The notes: generated by a model from the sequence alone, not told the origin. 64,000 nucleotides of DNA from Waddliaceae bacterium (GCA_963771045.1 CAVYRW010000004.1:1792001-1856000), one strand, 5' to 3'. Counted from the stretch's first letter, positions 49,157 to 60,073 are shown. Numbers and translations are program-made.

Positions 49157-49947
49157 AACACGTAATTGGAATACTCTTGCTTTTTTTGCCATTAGACGCA
49201 AGTGCCGCATCAGATGTCATTACAGGCAACAAGTTTAAATCTTTATGCAAGTACTGCTTTGACGAGCATGGATTTAAAGTGAATGATTCAGCAAACAACA
49301 ACCTATGGTTTGTCAAAACAGATATGCTGCCGCAGTTTTTTCAAAATTTCATGCCCGCTGAGGACTATATTCTGGTGTCCCACAACGCCGACCATGGAGT
49401 TACCAATGACTTTCACCCCTATCTCGATATGCCGAACCTCATCCATTGGTATGGACAGAATATTGAAACGCGCCATCCGAAACTCACCTCAATCCCTATC
49501 GGCCTTTGCAATTTTGCCAATCACAAATTGATGAAAAAGGCTCAGGAAGCCAATTATCCCAAAAAAACACTGGTTTATGCCAACTATTCGACCTCGACAA
49601 ATTCAGAGGAAAGGAATAGGTGTCTTGAAAAGACGGGGGTTCCCCTTGCAAGAAGAAAAAATTTTAAGAAATTTTTAAAAGAAATGGCCATGTCTTATTT
49701 TGTCATCTCTCCTAACGGCAATGGCGTCGACTGCCACCGAACCTGGGAAGCCCTCTACCTCAAAGCCATACCCATTGTGACAAGGAGCATCAATTCCGAA
49801 TTCTACGCCGGCTTGCCGATCATCATTTTAGATAGCTGGGAAGATTTTAAAAATCTGGAGCTTAGCGAAGAACTCTATTATGAACTTTGGGGGGATTTCG
49901 ATCCCGACAGTTTGACGGTGGACTCTTATATAACCGATATAAAATAA
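49153..49947 (+). CDS. Exported exostosin/GT47-like protein
   Basis: Signal peptide; SYFVISPNGNGVDCHRTWEALYLKAIPIV resembles the exostosin C-terminal motif. Confidence 0.65.
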   Translation: MKHVIGILLLFLPLDASAASDVITGNKFKSLCKYCFDEHGFKVNDSANNNLWFVKTDMLPQFFQNFMPAEDYILVSHNADHGVTNDFHPYLDMPNLIHWYGQNIETRHPKLTSIPIGLCNFANHKLMKKAQEANYPKKTLVYANYSTSTNSEERNRCLEKTGVPLARRKNFKKFLKEMAMSYFVISPNGNGVDCHRTWEALYLKAIPIVTRSINSEFYAGLPIIILDSWEDFKNLELSEELYYELWGDFDPDSLTVDSYITDIK

Positions 49948-50054
49948 ACAACTTATGGTTGAAAATCAACCAGCTAATGGTTAATATTCAAAAGCTATTC
50001 TTGCTGTATCAAGTGAGCGCTGGCAGATACCCCTGTAGTATTCCCAAAGAACTG

Positions 50055-51632
50055 CTACTTCTTTCGTTTTTCCAAGATAACCTCGAGCGGCCTGTCAAGT
50101 TCCTGGATAGGCACTCCCACACTCTTTATCATTTTAACTTCTTCAATATCATAGGCAAAAATTTCGGCGTCGCGTATCAGCTTCACAAGCGCCGCCTTGA
50201 TAGTCCCGGTCAGGGCAAGTTGTTTTCCGCAGCAAAAATGCGGTCCTGCATTGAATGTTTTCATCAGATTTTTGAGCTTTTTGCCATTCTCACTCTGAAA
50301 TCTATCGGGATTGAATTTATCCGGTTCATCGAAATGCTTGGGATCCCTTTGTGCAAGACGATGGATAAAGAAAATAATTGTTCCCGGGGGAATTTTTTTC
50401 CCTTCAAAGGTTAACTCTACCAGAGTCTTTCTCACTTCAACCGGTATCGGAGGATCAAGCCTCAAAGTTTCAATGACAAAACAGTCCAGCAGTTTTAAGT
50501 CATTAACTTGTTTATGGTCGATCTTATCGCCGCTTAAATTTTCTTTAATTTCTCGGTATAATTTTTTCTGCCACTCGGGATATAAAATCAGGTTCTTTAC
50601 GCAAGAAGCAATAGTAAATGCCGTTGTCCTCTGGCCGATCACTAAAATAAGCCTCACCATATCTTTAATCTCTTTCTCCGAAAAATTTTCCGAATCGAGC
50701 ATCTCTTCGATGATTCCCTTGATATCCTTGCCGCGGATCTGCTCAGAAGCGATATCAGAATGGCGGGCTTTTTCTGAAGCTTCATAGATTTTGTCTACAG
50801 CGCGGCTGAGAATCGCGCTGCTTTTTTGATATTCGGATTGGAAAAACAATTTGGGAACAAAAATGTCTGCCGCACGAGTAGCGTAATAATTAGGATGATA
50901 AAGCACAGAATAGCTGACAAATTGACCTGCCCCATTGACAGCATCGGGAACCTCATCCCAATCCGAGTTCGGAGTGCCGTCTTCATCGAAAACAAGCTTC
51001 CGAATTTCAGGGCTTGCTTTAGTCCCCGAGGGACCGCATAAGGCGACAACATTGGCTCGTGAGATATACTGCTCAATTTTTTCAGACAGATTGATCCTGA
51101 TCGGAGCCTTATCTGAAAAGCATTCGGCGTTAAAATAATCTTCGGCCGCCTGCCAAATATCCTTGAAATTCTTTTGAACGCTGTGGAGGCCAAAAGTATT
51201 TCCAGTACTAAGCTTTTTTAATTTGCGGTGCTGATAGGGGTCATCAGCCGTTAAAGGCCCAATGCCGATAGCGTGATCTCTGAAATCATCAAGTCCGGGA
51301 CCGCCTAAAAGTTCTTCCCCTTTCTTCCGGCTAAACAGATGCCAATACTTATATCTGGTAAACCCATAGGCCCCGAGCTGGTCTGCCATCGACAGTTTTT
51401 TCCAGGGAATCAATTCTTTTTCTTTATCATCCCAGAATTTTTCGACAAAGAAGTCAATTCCTCCGCTCTTCTGAGCGGCACTGAAAAAACAAATCGTATT
51501 CTCCCCCCAATCTATCGCCGGGGCCGCAAATTGCCATACTGTTTGGATGACTCGGTCCAATATGCCAGTTTGATTTTGCTCTCCACTCGCAAAAGGACAT
51601 CGCATGCCGCCTCTAACGGACTTCGGCTCCAT
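50055..51632 (-). CDS. Cytochrome P450
   Basis: ETLR (ExxR), FNPDRF (PERF), heme motif FNAGPHFCCG; GGAGGT RBS before ATG 51632; 525 aa. Confidence 0.93.
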   Translation of the reverse strand: MEPKSVRGGMRCPFASGEQNQTGILDRVIQTVWQFAAPAIDWGENTICFFSAAQKSGGIDFFVEKFWDDKEKELIPWKKLSMADQLGAYGFTRYKYWHLFSRKKGEELLGGPGLDDFRDHAIGIGPLTADDPYQHRKLKKLSTGNTFGLHSVQKNFKDIWQAAEDYFNAECFSDKAPIRINLSEKIEQYISRANVVALCGPSGTKASPEIRKLVFDEDGTPNSDWDEVPDAVNGAGQFVSYSVLYHPNYYATRAADIFVPKLFFQSEYQKSSAILSRAVDKIYEASEKARHSDIASEQIRGKDIKGIIEEMLDSENFSEKEIKDMVRLILVIGQRTTAFTIASCVKNLILYPEWQKKLYREIKENLSGDKIDHKQVNDLKLLDCFVIETLRLDPPIPVEVRKTLVELTFEGKKIPPGTIIFFIHRLAQRDPKHFDEPDKFNPDRFQSENGKKLKNLMKTFNAGPHFCCGKQLALTGTIKAALVKLIRDAEIFAYDIEEVKMIKSVGVPIQELDRPLEVILEKRKK

Positions 51633-51695
51633 AAAAACCTCCGTTTTGGATACATTAATAATGGATACCCCTATATAAAACAATAGATATTTTTC

Positions 51696-51733
51696 TTTTT
51701 AACAAAAAAAATTTAAAGTTTTTTTGTTAAAAA
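51696..51733. promoter_or_regulatory. AT-rich perfect palindrome upstream of the P450
   Basis: TTTTTAACAAAAAAA-N8-TTTTTTTGTTAAAAA (15-bp perfect IR, low complexity). Confidence 0.35.
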
Positions 51734-51840
51734 AAAACGATTCAACCCTTAGAAAGACTTTAATGTAAAATAGTTGAATATTTGAATGAGGAAAGGATTT
51801 AATGTATCTGAAAAATTAGCCTTCCTGCCCTTAGCGTCCA

Positions 51841-51865
51841 GCCTCAGATTAGGTCACAATCACGG
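51841..51865 (-). repeat. Copy 2 of the 25-bp repeat (inverted)
   Basis: GCCTCAGATTAGGTCACAATCACGG is the exact reverse complement of 40183-40207. Confidence 0.9.
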
Positions 51866-51962
51866 ATTTCACCCAGAATTTCTGCGGCAGGGAAATCTTT
51901 ATTGTTTCTAAATAATCATAATACTAGAATGGAATGAACTTAAATCAATGCATTGGAGTATT

Positions 51963-52922
51963 ATGATGAACATAAAAAGTCTGTTTATTACCTTTTTCGT
52001 AAGTGCTTTTTCTTTAACTGCCATGGCGGCAGCCGAATCCTCGATTGATCTGACTCCAAAATTCATCCAAGGCAACAACTACCTCTATGAAGGCAATGCC
52101 GACATACATGTCGTTCAAAAAATGCCTGAACCTCAAACCTGCGATATCAATTACCGGGGCACTATCAAAACCCGGCTCAATTATAGTATCGGCAAAGTTT
52201 ATTTGGACGGCGCAGCCGAGATCACTGCAACTTTAATCGATCCCACAATCAAGTTTTCTGTCGCATGCGAGGGCAAAGAAAGCCCTATGAACTTTCAGTT
52301 CAATTTTGATTCTTCGAAAAAATCGGACAACGAAATGAAAGAAGTTCAAGCGGGAAAAACAGCTCTGGACTGCTTAAACAATACCCCTTTTGTTTTTAAA
52401 GTATCTCCCCAAGGAAAAGTTCTGAGTGTGAACGGCGTGGATTCTTTCGCGGAAAAAATGCATCAAAAACTGACAGGCAGCAAGCTTCTCCTCGAAGATA
52501 CAAGCAAAGATCTTTGCACCATGATCACCCCCGGGGCACTGGAATTTTTTATGGGCCTGATCACTCAATTCCTTCCAGACCACCCCGTCAATGTCGGAGA
52601 CTCATGGGAAAAGCAAACTCAGCTTGGCAATATGAACATCAATCAAAATTGGACGCTTGACTCCGCTGGCGAAAAGGCCCTTGTCATCAAAGAAAAGACA
52701 ACGATCACCTTAAGTCAAGAGCAAAAATCTATGATTCCTTATGACTCTTTAAGCGGCGAAGAAACAGCAACGATCACTCTTGATCCCAAGGATAACTGGG
52801 TGCAATCGGGCGGCTCGCAAACCGAGTTTCAAGGCAAACAGTCGTTCAGCCTTCCCTCGGCTGATAAATCGCTTGAGATCGAAACGACAGTCACAGCCGA
52901 TGTGACTCTGAAGCGTTTGTGA
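51963..52922 (+). CDS. Exported beta-rich protein (DUF6263-like)
   Basis: Signal peptide (AMA); FKVSPQGKVLSVNG, LPDHPVNVGDSW. Confidence 0.6.
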   Translation: MMNIKSLFITFFVSAFSLTAMAAAESSIDLTPKFIQGNNYLYEGNADIHVVQKMPEPQTCDINYRGTIKTRLNYSIGKVYLDGAAEITATLIDPTIKFSVACEGKESPMNFQFNFDSSKKSDNEMKEVQAGKTALDCLNNTPFVFKVSPQGKVLSVNGVDSFAEKMHQKLTGSKLLLEDTSKDLCTMITPGALEFFMGLITQFLPDHPVNVGDSWEKQTQLGNMNINQNWTLDSAGEKALVIKEKTTITLSQEQKSMIPYDSLSGEETATITLDPKDNWVQSGGSQTEFQGKQSFSLPSADKSLEIETTVTADVTLKRL

Positions 52923-52952
52923 AGAAAGTAGGAATCGAGTAAAAAGCGGGGT

Positions 52953-54369
52953 ATGTATGACCCCGCCCATTCGCACATCATCATTCATTACTTCCCTCAG
53001 CTTTTAGGCGTCGTGTACCTCTTTTTATTCTGGCCTTTCCTCTTCCAGATGAAAGGACTGTTTGGAAGAGAAGGCATCCTTCCGATCGCCGTCTATCTTG
53101 AAAATATCGGATACAGGCTAGGGAAAAAAGCCTTTTATTACTTGCCGACACTCTTTTGGTTTCACGCAGGCGATGCCGCCATCGCTGCTGTGCCTATCAT
53201 CGGGACCATCCTCTCAGTCCTTTTGATTTTCGGCATCGTCCCTGTAGTTCTACTTCCGATTCTGATGATCCTCCACCTCTCCATAATCGCGGCGGGACAG
53301 GAATTTTTGAGCTTCGGGTGGGAATCGTTTTTTATGGAGATCAGCTTTTACACTTTTTTGCTCATTTTAACTCCGTGCGCCAAATCTGATCGTCTGGTGG
53401 TGTCTCAATTTGCTCTTATTCCGCTTTCATTTCGAAGGGGGCATAAGCAAATTACTTTCAAGAGACGCCAACTGGCGCAATCTTACCGCTCTTAATTACC
53501 ACTACTTCACTCAGCCCATTCCCAATGCCGCGGCATGGTTTTTTCATAAACTCCCCATGGGGTTGCAAAAGCTGTCCTGCCTGATGATGTTTGTCATCCA
53601 AATCGGGGTAGCCTTCGTAATTTTCGGTACCGAAGAGATGCGGCTGGCCGCTTTTTTTGCCCTCTTCGGCCTGCAGCTTTTCATTTGGCTGACAGGAAAT
53701 TTCTCCTACCTCAACCACATGACCGCTCTTTTTTGCACTATCTTATTAAGCGACACCTATTTCAGGGCCATTTTAGGACAGGTCCCCTCTCCCTCCGAGA
53801 CCCCCTGGCCGGTCGATATTTTTTTCACAGCCTTGGGGGTTGTTCTGATCGCAGGACAGATTCTTCGCCTCTGGACCCACTTCTATTATGTCCCCGCAGT
53901 CAATAACCTTCTAAGAAAAGCAGCTCCGCTGCATATTCTCAACCGCTATGGCATATTCGCTGTGATGACCACCAAGAGGTATGAGATCACTATAGAGGGA
54001 AGCTATGATGGAGAAGAGTGGAAGGAATACAGCTTCAAATGGAAGCCTTCGGAAGTGGACCGCCGCCCAAGAAGGGTGTCGCCCTACCAGCCGCGTCTCG
54101 ACTGGCAGGTGTGGTTTCTTCCCTTTACGATGTTCGAGGCCGAACCTTGGTTCAAACAGTTTCTCTACCGGCTGCTGCAAGGCTCGCCGGCAGTTTTAAA
54201 ACTCCTCCGGCACAACCCCTTCCCCGATACCCCGCCGAAATATATTCGGACGGCCCTCTATGATTATGAATTCACATCCTGGAAAGAGTGGAGGGAAACC
54301 GGCAATTGGTGGAAGCGCACATTCTCCAGCTCTTACTCTCCCACATTTCATTTGGAAAAAAGGGATTAA
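52953..54369 (+). pseudogene. Lipase maturation factor (LMF1) family membrane protein, frameshifted
   Basis: GQEFLSFGWESFFME, then a +1 shift near 53375 to PNLIVWWCLNLLLFRFHFEGGISKL; HYFTQPIPN, GNFSYLN, PYQPRLDWQVWF. Confidence 0.85.
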
Positions 54370-54403
54370 CTATGTTATGTGTTGAAGAAATTAAGGGGAA
54401 TTT

Positions 54404-56002
54404 ATGACTAAATCACTGGCAAAAGGTGTTGAAGTTAAGGGAAAACTCACTCCGGAATACGAGCAAATACTTACCAATGAGGCCCTTGCCTTTCTTGCCA
54501 AACTACACCATCGGTTCAATAAGCGGCGGCTCTCTTTGCTCGATGAACGGGTAGACAGGCAGCTACAGCTCAATCAGGGGGCAAAGCCCTCTTTTCTGCC
54601 GGAAACCGAGCATATCCGCAAGAATGCCAACTGGGTCGTGGCCGAAACTCCTCAGGACCTTCAAAGACGGCGGGTAGAGATCACGGGCCCTACTGAAAGG
54701 AAGATGCTGATCAACGCTTTAAACTCCGGCGCCGATGTGTTTATGGCCGACTGCGAAGATGCCAACTCCCCAACCTGGGACAATATGGTGCAGGGACAAA
54801 TCAATCTGCGCGATGCAGTAAATGAAACTGTTTCTTTCACAAACCCTGAAGGAAAACAATATACATTAAACAAAGACCATGCCGTACTCCTTCTCAGACC
54901 AAGGGGGTGGCATCTAAACGAAAAGCATGTACTGATCGACGGCAAAGAAATTTCGGGATCGCTTTTCGACTTCGGCCTCTATTTCTTCCACAACGCGGAA
55001 AATCTGATCAAAAAGGGCTCGGGCCCCTACTTTTACCTCCCTAAACTTGAGAGCCACCTCGAAGCCCGCCTCTGGAACGATGTCTTTGTCTTTGCCCAGG
55101 AAGAATTGGAAATTTCTCACGGGACAATCCGCGCCACCGTGCTTGTCGAAACAATACTTGCCGTCTTCGAGATGGAAGAGATCCTCTACGAACTCCGCCA
55201 CCACAGCGCGGGGTTGAACGCGGGACGGTGGGACTACATTTTCAGCGTCATTAAAAAATTCCGCAGGCAAAGCTTCTGCCTGCCCAACCGCGATCAGATC
55301 ACTATGACCGTTCCATTTATGCGAGCCTACACGGAACTTCTCGTCAAATCCTGCCACAAACGCGCCGCGCACGCCATGGGCGGCATGGCGGCCTTTATCC
55401 CCAACAGAAAAGATCCGGAAGTGACTGAAAAAGCTTTGAGAAAAGTACACGAAGACAAGCTGCTAGAAGCAAAAGACGGCTTCGACGGCACCTGGGTCGC
55501 CCATCCCGACCTCGTCGCTGTCGCCATGGAAATTTTTGATGAATGTCTCGGGAAAAAACCCCATCAAAAAGAGCGCCTCCGAGACGATGTGAAAGTGGCC
55601 GCGGACGATCTGCTCAATTTCGATGTTCCCGGAGGGACTATCACCGAAGAGGGCTTAAGGCACAATATCAATGTCGGCCTTCAATACATTGCCTCATGGC
55701 TAAGAGGCACCGGCGCTGCCGCTATTTACAACCTGATGGAAGATGCCGCCACCGCTGAAATTTCCCGTGCGCAGGTATGGCAATGGCTAGTGAATGAAGC
55801 CAAACTCGAAAGCGGCTCAACAGTCACTAAAGATCTGGTCAAAAAACTCATTATCGAAGAGCTGGAAAAAATCAAATCACTCTACGGCAAACATTTTGAC
55901 CAAAACAACTTCAATCGGGCCAAAGAAGTTTTTGAGAAACTTGTCTTTGCAGAAAAATTTATCGAGTTTCTCACTTTGACCGCCTATAAGGAGTTATCTT
56001 AA
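54404..56002 (+). CDS. aceB: Malate synthase A
   Basis: [57 protein letters not shown]. Confidence 0.97.
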   Translation: MTKSLAKGVEVKGKLTPEYEQILTNEALAFLAKLHHRFNKRRLSLLDERVDRQLQLNQGAKPSFLPETEHIRKNANWVVAETPQDLQRRRVEITGPTERKMLINALNSGADVFMADCEDANSPTWDNMVQGQINLRDAVNETVSFTNPEGKQYTLNKDHAVLLLRPRGWHLNEKHVLIDGKEISGSLFDFGLYFFHNAENLIKKGSGPYFYLPKLESHLEARLWNDVFVFAQEELEISHGTIRATVLVETILAVFEMEEILYELRHHSAGLNAGRWDYIFSVIKKFRRQSFCLPNRDQITMTVPFMRAYTELLVKSCHKRAAHAMGGMAAFIPNRKDPEVTEKALRKVHEDKLLEAKDGFDGTWVAHPDLVAVAMEIFDECLGKKPHQKERLRDDVKVAADDLLNFDVPGGTITEEGLRHNINVGLQYIASWLRGTGAAAIYNLMEDAATAEISRAQVWQWLVNEAKLESGSTVTKDLVKKLIIEELEKIKSLYGKHFDQNNFNRAKEVFEKLVFAEKFIEFLTLTAYKELS

Positions 56003-56003
56003 G

Positions 56004-57284
56004 ATGTATAATGAAGAAGATGTCAAAAAGCTTGCAAAGGAGTGGAAGACCAATTCTCGATGGGACGGCATCCATCGTCCCTATGGGGCCGAAAAGGTGG
56101 TCAAACTGAGAGGGTCGCTTCTCATCGATTATCCCCTAGCCCGCATGGGAGCCGAAAAACTCTGGAAGCTCCTGAAAAAAGAACCGTTTATCCGGTCGCT
56201 TGGAGCTATGACAGGCCTTCAGGCTGTCCAGCAGGTGCAGGCGGGCCTTAAGGCAATTTATGTGAGCGGCTGGCAGATAGCCGCCGATGCCAACGACGCG
56301 ATGCAGACCTACCCTGATCAAAGCCTTTATCCCACACTAAGCGCCCCCCATCTCATTTACCGCATTACAAACGCCCTCCGCCGCGCCGACCAGATTCAGC
56401 ACATAGAAAATAATACCCACATCGACTGGTTCGTCCCCATCGTCGCCGACGCCGAAGCCGGATTCGGAGGCCCCCTCAATACTTTCGAGCTGATCAAGGC
56501 CATGATTGAAGCCGGCGCCGCCGCCATCCATCTCGAAGACCAACTTTCTTCCCTCAAGAAATGCGGCCACATGGGCGGCAAAGTTCTTGTCCCTTTAAAC
56601 GACTGGATCGAAAAGCTGGCCACCGCCAGGCTTGCTGCAGACGTGATGGGCATCCCGACCCTGATTATAGCCAGAACCGACGCGCACTCCGCCCACCTTA
56701 TCCGCTCGGGATTTGACGAAGGCGACAAGCGTTTTTTGACAGGCGAGCGCTCCCCGGAAGGGCACTGGTTTATCAAAGGGGGCGTTCCTTTTGCTGTCGA
56801 ACGAGGCCTTGCCGCCGCCCCCTACTCCGATGTTATCTGGTGTGAAACCCCGACCCCGGACCTTGGCGAGGCCAAAGAGTTCGCCGAAGGAATTCATGAA
56901 AAGTATCCCGGAAAATGGCTCGCCTATAACTGCTCGCCGTCATTCAACTGGAAAGCCAACTTAGACGACAATCAAATCGCAACTTTTCAGGAAAAGCTCG
57001 GCGAGATGGGCTACAAATACCAATTTGTCACCCTTGCCGGCTTCCACACGCTCAACGCAAGCATGTTCGACCTTGCCCATAGCTACGCCAAAAAGGGAAT
57101 GGCCGCCTACTCCAAGTTTCAACAGCATGAGTTTAAGCTGCAGAGCGAAGCGGGTTTTTCCGCCATCAAACACCAACAGTTTGTCGGCACCGGCTACTAC
57201 GACGAAGTGCAAAACACCATCGCCGGCCATAAAGTCTCCACTGCAGCCCTCACCGGCTCCACAGAAGAGCAGCAGTTTAAGTGA
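56004..57284 (+). CDS. aceA: Isocitrate lyase
   Basis: KKCGHMGGK catalytic motif; [35 protein letters not shown]. Confidence 0.98.
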   Translation: MYNEEDVKKLAKEWKTNSRWDGIHRPYGAEKVVKLRGSLLIDYPLARMGAEKLWKLLKKEPFIRSLGAMTGLQAVQQVQAGLKAIYVSGWQIAADANDAMQTYPDQSLYPTLSAPHLIYRITNALRRADQIQHIENNTHIDWFVPIVADAEAGFGGPLNTFELIKAMIEAGAAAIHLEDQLSSLKKCGHMGGKVLVPLNDWIEKLATARLAADVMGIPTLIIARTDAHSAHLIRSGFDEGDKRFLTGERSPEGHWFIKGGVPFAVERGLAAAPYSDVIWCETPTPDLGEAKEFAEGIHEKYPGKWLAYNCSPSFNWKANLDDNQIATFQEKLGEMGYKYQFVTLAGFHTLNASMFDLAHSYAKKGMAAYSKFQQHEFKLQSEAGFSAIKHQQFVGTGYYDEVQNTIAGHKVSTAALTGSTEEQQFK

Positions 57285-57300
57285 TCAATTAAAGATCGAT

Positions 57301-58569
57301 TTACTTTTTCCTGAAAAACTTTCGGTAGATAAATTCTATGATAACGGAAAGAGCGATCATGACCGCAAGAATGAGAAGTTTTAAAGGATGAGTGCCAAAG
57401 GCATACCAGCATAGCGTCCCCAACGCTCCGAGGCATACTACAGCTCCCAGTCCCGACAGCCATCCGAGGGATTTGGTATTTTTGTGCAGCTTCATGTTCG
57501 CCGCATTCACTGCGGCAAAAATAATCAGGAAGCCTGAGCTTCCCATCATCGAAATGCTTTGAAGGTCGAAAAGATTGACAACCAAAAGCGATAGACCTGT
57601 AGTCAACAGAAGGCCTTCGATAGGCCTGTTCCAGACTTTGTGTTCCAAAAATTCCGGAAGCTCCCCTTCTGCGGCAATGGTGTAACTAATGCGGGCAGTC
57701 CCATAGAGGGTGGCATTGATAGCCGATCCTGTCGAAAGCAGAGCGGCTATTGTGATCAGAAAAAAACCGGCACTTCCAAAAAAGGGCTTGGCGCTTTCGG
57801 CAAGGGCGTAATCCCTGGCTGAAACGATTTTCTCAACCGAAAGGTTGCCGACTGCCACTGCCGAAATTCCGACATAGAGAAGAATGACAAACAGGACGCA
57901 GGTTAAAAATGCCGGCGGCAAAATTCTTTTAGGGTCGGAAACGTCTTGAGCAGTATTGGCTATCAGCTCAAAACCCTCATAGGCCAGAAAAATAATCATC
58001 CCTCCCGACACTAGTCTGGCAGGCGAGGTCCACTCCGAAGGCGCCAAATTACCGAGCTTGACGCTGGCTATGCCTGCGGCAATGAACAGCAGGAGAATGA
58101 CGAGCTTCAATCCCACAATCCACTCTTCAGCCTCCCCCACAACTTTTGCCTCCCCGATGTTCAGAAGAGTAAAGAGGACGATCACCAGATTCATGAGGAG
58201 GTATTTGCCGGCAGTATGCCAGCTATCGGGCAGCCAGCTTGCCCCGTAGCTGCCGAAAGCATAAGCATAAAGAGCGATCATAATGATGTAACTGAGCCAC
58301 AAAAGGATATTTAGGCTGCCTGTAACCATATTAGCCTCAAAAGCCCGGTTAAGATAGTCGACTGTGCCGCCTCGGCTCGGATAGCGAACGGATAGCCGTG
58401 CATAGGAATAAGATGTGAGGAGAGCGACAAGCCCCGCAATGAGAAAGGCGATGGGTGTTCCTCCATGCGCGAGTTCAACGGCTAGGCCAAGCACCGCAAA
58501 GATACCACCGCCCACCATCCCTCCAATACCGATAGAGACAACTTCAAAAAAACCGATTTTTCGACTCAT
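57301..58569 (-). CDS. APC-family amino acid permease
   Basis: GGMVGGGIF, FLAYEGFE, about 12 TM helices. Confidence 0.92.
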   Translation of the reverse strand: MSRKIGFFEVVSIGIGGMVGGGIFAVLGLAVELAHGGTPIAFLIAGLVALLTSYSYARLSVRYPSRGGTVDYLNRAFEANMVTGSLNILLWLSYIIMIALYAYAFGSYGASWLPDSWHTAGKYLLMNLVIVLFTLLNIGEAKVVGEAEEWIVGLKLVILLLFIAAGIASVKLGNLAPSEWTSPARLVSGGMIIFLAYEGFELIANTAQDVSDPKRILPPAFLTCVLFVILLYVGISAVAVGNLSVEKIVSARDYALAESAKPFFGSAGFFLITIAALLSTGSAINATLYGTARISYTIAAEGELPEFLEHKVWNRPIEGLLLTTGLSLLVVNLFDLQSISMMGSSGFLIIFAAVNAANMKLHKNTKSLGWLSGLGAVVCLGALGTLCWYAFGTHPLKLLILAVMIALSVIIEFIYRKFFRKK

Positions 58570-58636
58570 AAACCATAGAATCCTAACTTATCCATTTAGT
58601 TGCAATTTCAAATCCCCTTGTGATAGAAAAAGTTTT

Positions 58637-60073
58637 ATGCCATTAAAAAAACTCTTGCCGATTCTCGGAATCTTTTTTAGCTTGCAGTGCCTTCATGCCG
58701 GGGGCTGCACTCTGCTTGACCTGGCAATGCGCGATGCCGAGAGCATCGCCATGGAAAATAATAACGATATCAAAACCCTCCAGCAGCTTGTCGGGAAGGC
58801 GCGGGAAGGGCGCCTCGAGGCGATATCCAAATGGTTTCCCCAAGTCTATCTGATCAGCTCAGGCTACAAGACAGAAAAACGGCAGATGTTCACAGGCGTC
58901 CACAGCGCTTTCTTAAGCCAGTTTTATATTTCTCAGGCCCTTTTTTCTACCGAAAGATATTTCAACTTGCGTATATCTGCTCTTGTCGTTCAGCAACTTA
59001 AACTTCTTTTAGAAGCGATGATCATCGATGTTCTCTTCGAAGTGAGAGCCGCGTATTACCAGGTTGTCCTCGACTATCTCAATATCGAAACGGCCAAGAT
59101 CAACATCGACCTGTTTGTCGATCTGTCGGAAAAGCAGGAAAGCAAATATCAAATCGGCACCTCTATCTTGCTCAATGTCAATCAAAGCCTTGTGAATGTC
59201 GCCAATGCAACGAAAGCCTATTACGATGCTTCCAAGCGGCTCAAAGTCGATCTCGACTACCTCGTGCAGGTTCTCGGTTATAACCCCGGAACCGTCGACA
59301 TCACCATCGGAGAGAAGGAAATTCCGATTATGAAGATTCAAGAGATTGCCTCAAAAATCGACAGGGTCGATAAGGTCTTCACCAAAAGCGACGATGGAGG
59401 GCTGATTTTCAACAAGGGATTTCCCGAAACGCAGCAGATTCTGATGAACCGCCTCTTCACACAAAATGAAGTCTCCTGCTGGGAAAACCTTGCGCTGATG
59501 TACCGGCCCACGCTGCGCTCCCAAGCCACAGAGGTCAGCATCGCCTCGGAATATATCAGTAAGAGACGGGGGGAATTCCTCCCTGAAGTCAGCCTTGAGG
59601 CGAACTATGGAGGAACACCGACGCAAATGCTCGACAATCCTTCGGGAAGTTTTCTCAATCAAAAGTTCGATTGGGGCATCGGCTACCGCATCAACTGGCT
59701 GATCTGGGACAGCCTGGGGCGCGACCACCGCATTCGCGAAGCGATGTATGAAAAATCCGCAAAACAGTATGAATACTGCAAAGGGGTGCAGGTCGCCTAC
59801 GCCGACGTCAGGCGCCAGATCTTCGAAATCGAAGATTCTGTTGCCAACTATGTCACCTCGGTATCCAGTGTAAAGCTGGCGGAGGAGACGGTGCAGCTGG
59901 CAAAAAACTCCCTGAATATCGGCTATATCAATGTCTTCGACTATCAAATTGTAGTCGACGGATTGATCCAGGCGCTGTATACAAGAGACGAGTCGAAGTT
60001 TGATTTAATCAAAGGCTACTTCGGACTGATACACGCGTCTGGTGCCGACCTTATTTGCGAGCGTGGAAACTGA
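58637..60073 (+). CDS. TolC-family outer membrane protein
   Basis: Signal peptide from ATG 58637; OEP-like repeats (WFPQV, RPTL...FLPEV). Confidence 0.88.
   Translation: MPLKKLLPILGIFFSLQCLHAGGCTLLDLAMRDAESIAMENNNDIKTLQQLVGKAREGRLEAISKWFPQVYLISSGYKTEKRQMFTGVHSAFLSQFYISQALFSTERYFNLRISALVVQQLKLLLEAMIIDVLFEVRAAYYQVVLDYLNIETAKINIDLFVDLSEKQESKYQIGTSILLNVNQSLVNVANATKAYYDASKRLKVDLDYLVQVLGYNPGTVDITIGEKEIPIMKIQEIASKIDRVDKVFTKSDDGGLIFNKGFPETQQILMNRLFTQNEVSCWENLALMYRPTLRSQATEVSIASEYISKRRGEFLPEVSLEANYGGTPTQMLDNPSGSFLNQKFDWGIGYRINWLIWDSLGRDHRIREAMYEKSAKQYEYCKGVQVAYADVRRQIFEIEDSVANYVTSVSSVKLAEETVQLAKNSLNIGYINVFDYQIVVDGLIQALYTRDESKFDLIKGYFGLIHASGADLICERGN

Noticed and set aside
49887..50414. 175-aa ORF on the + strand
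   Set aside because: Overlaps the GT47-like gene out of frame and the P450 antisense; no RBS or motif.
58415..58636. N-terminal extension of the TolC ORF
   Set aside because: Overlaps the divergent permease; the signal peptide starts at ATG 58637.
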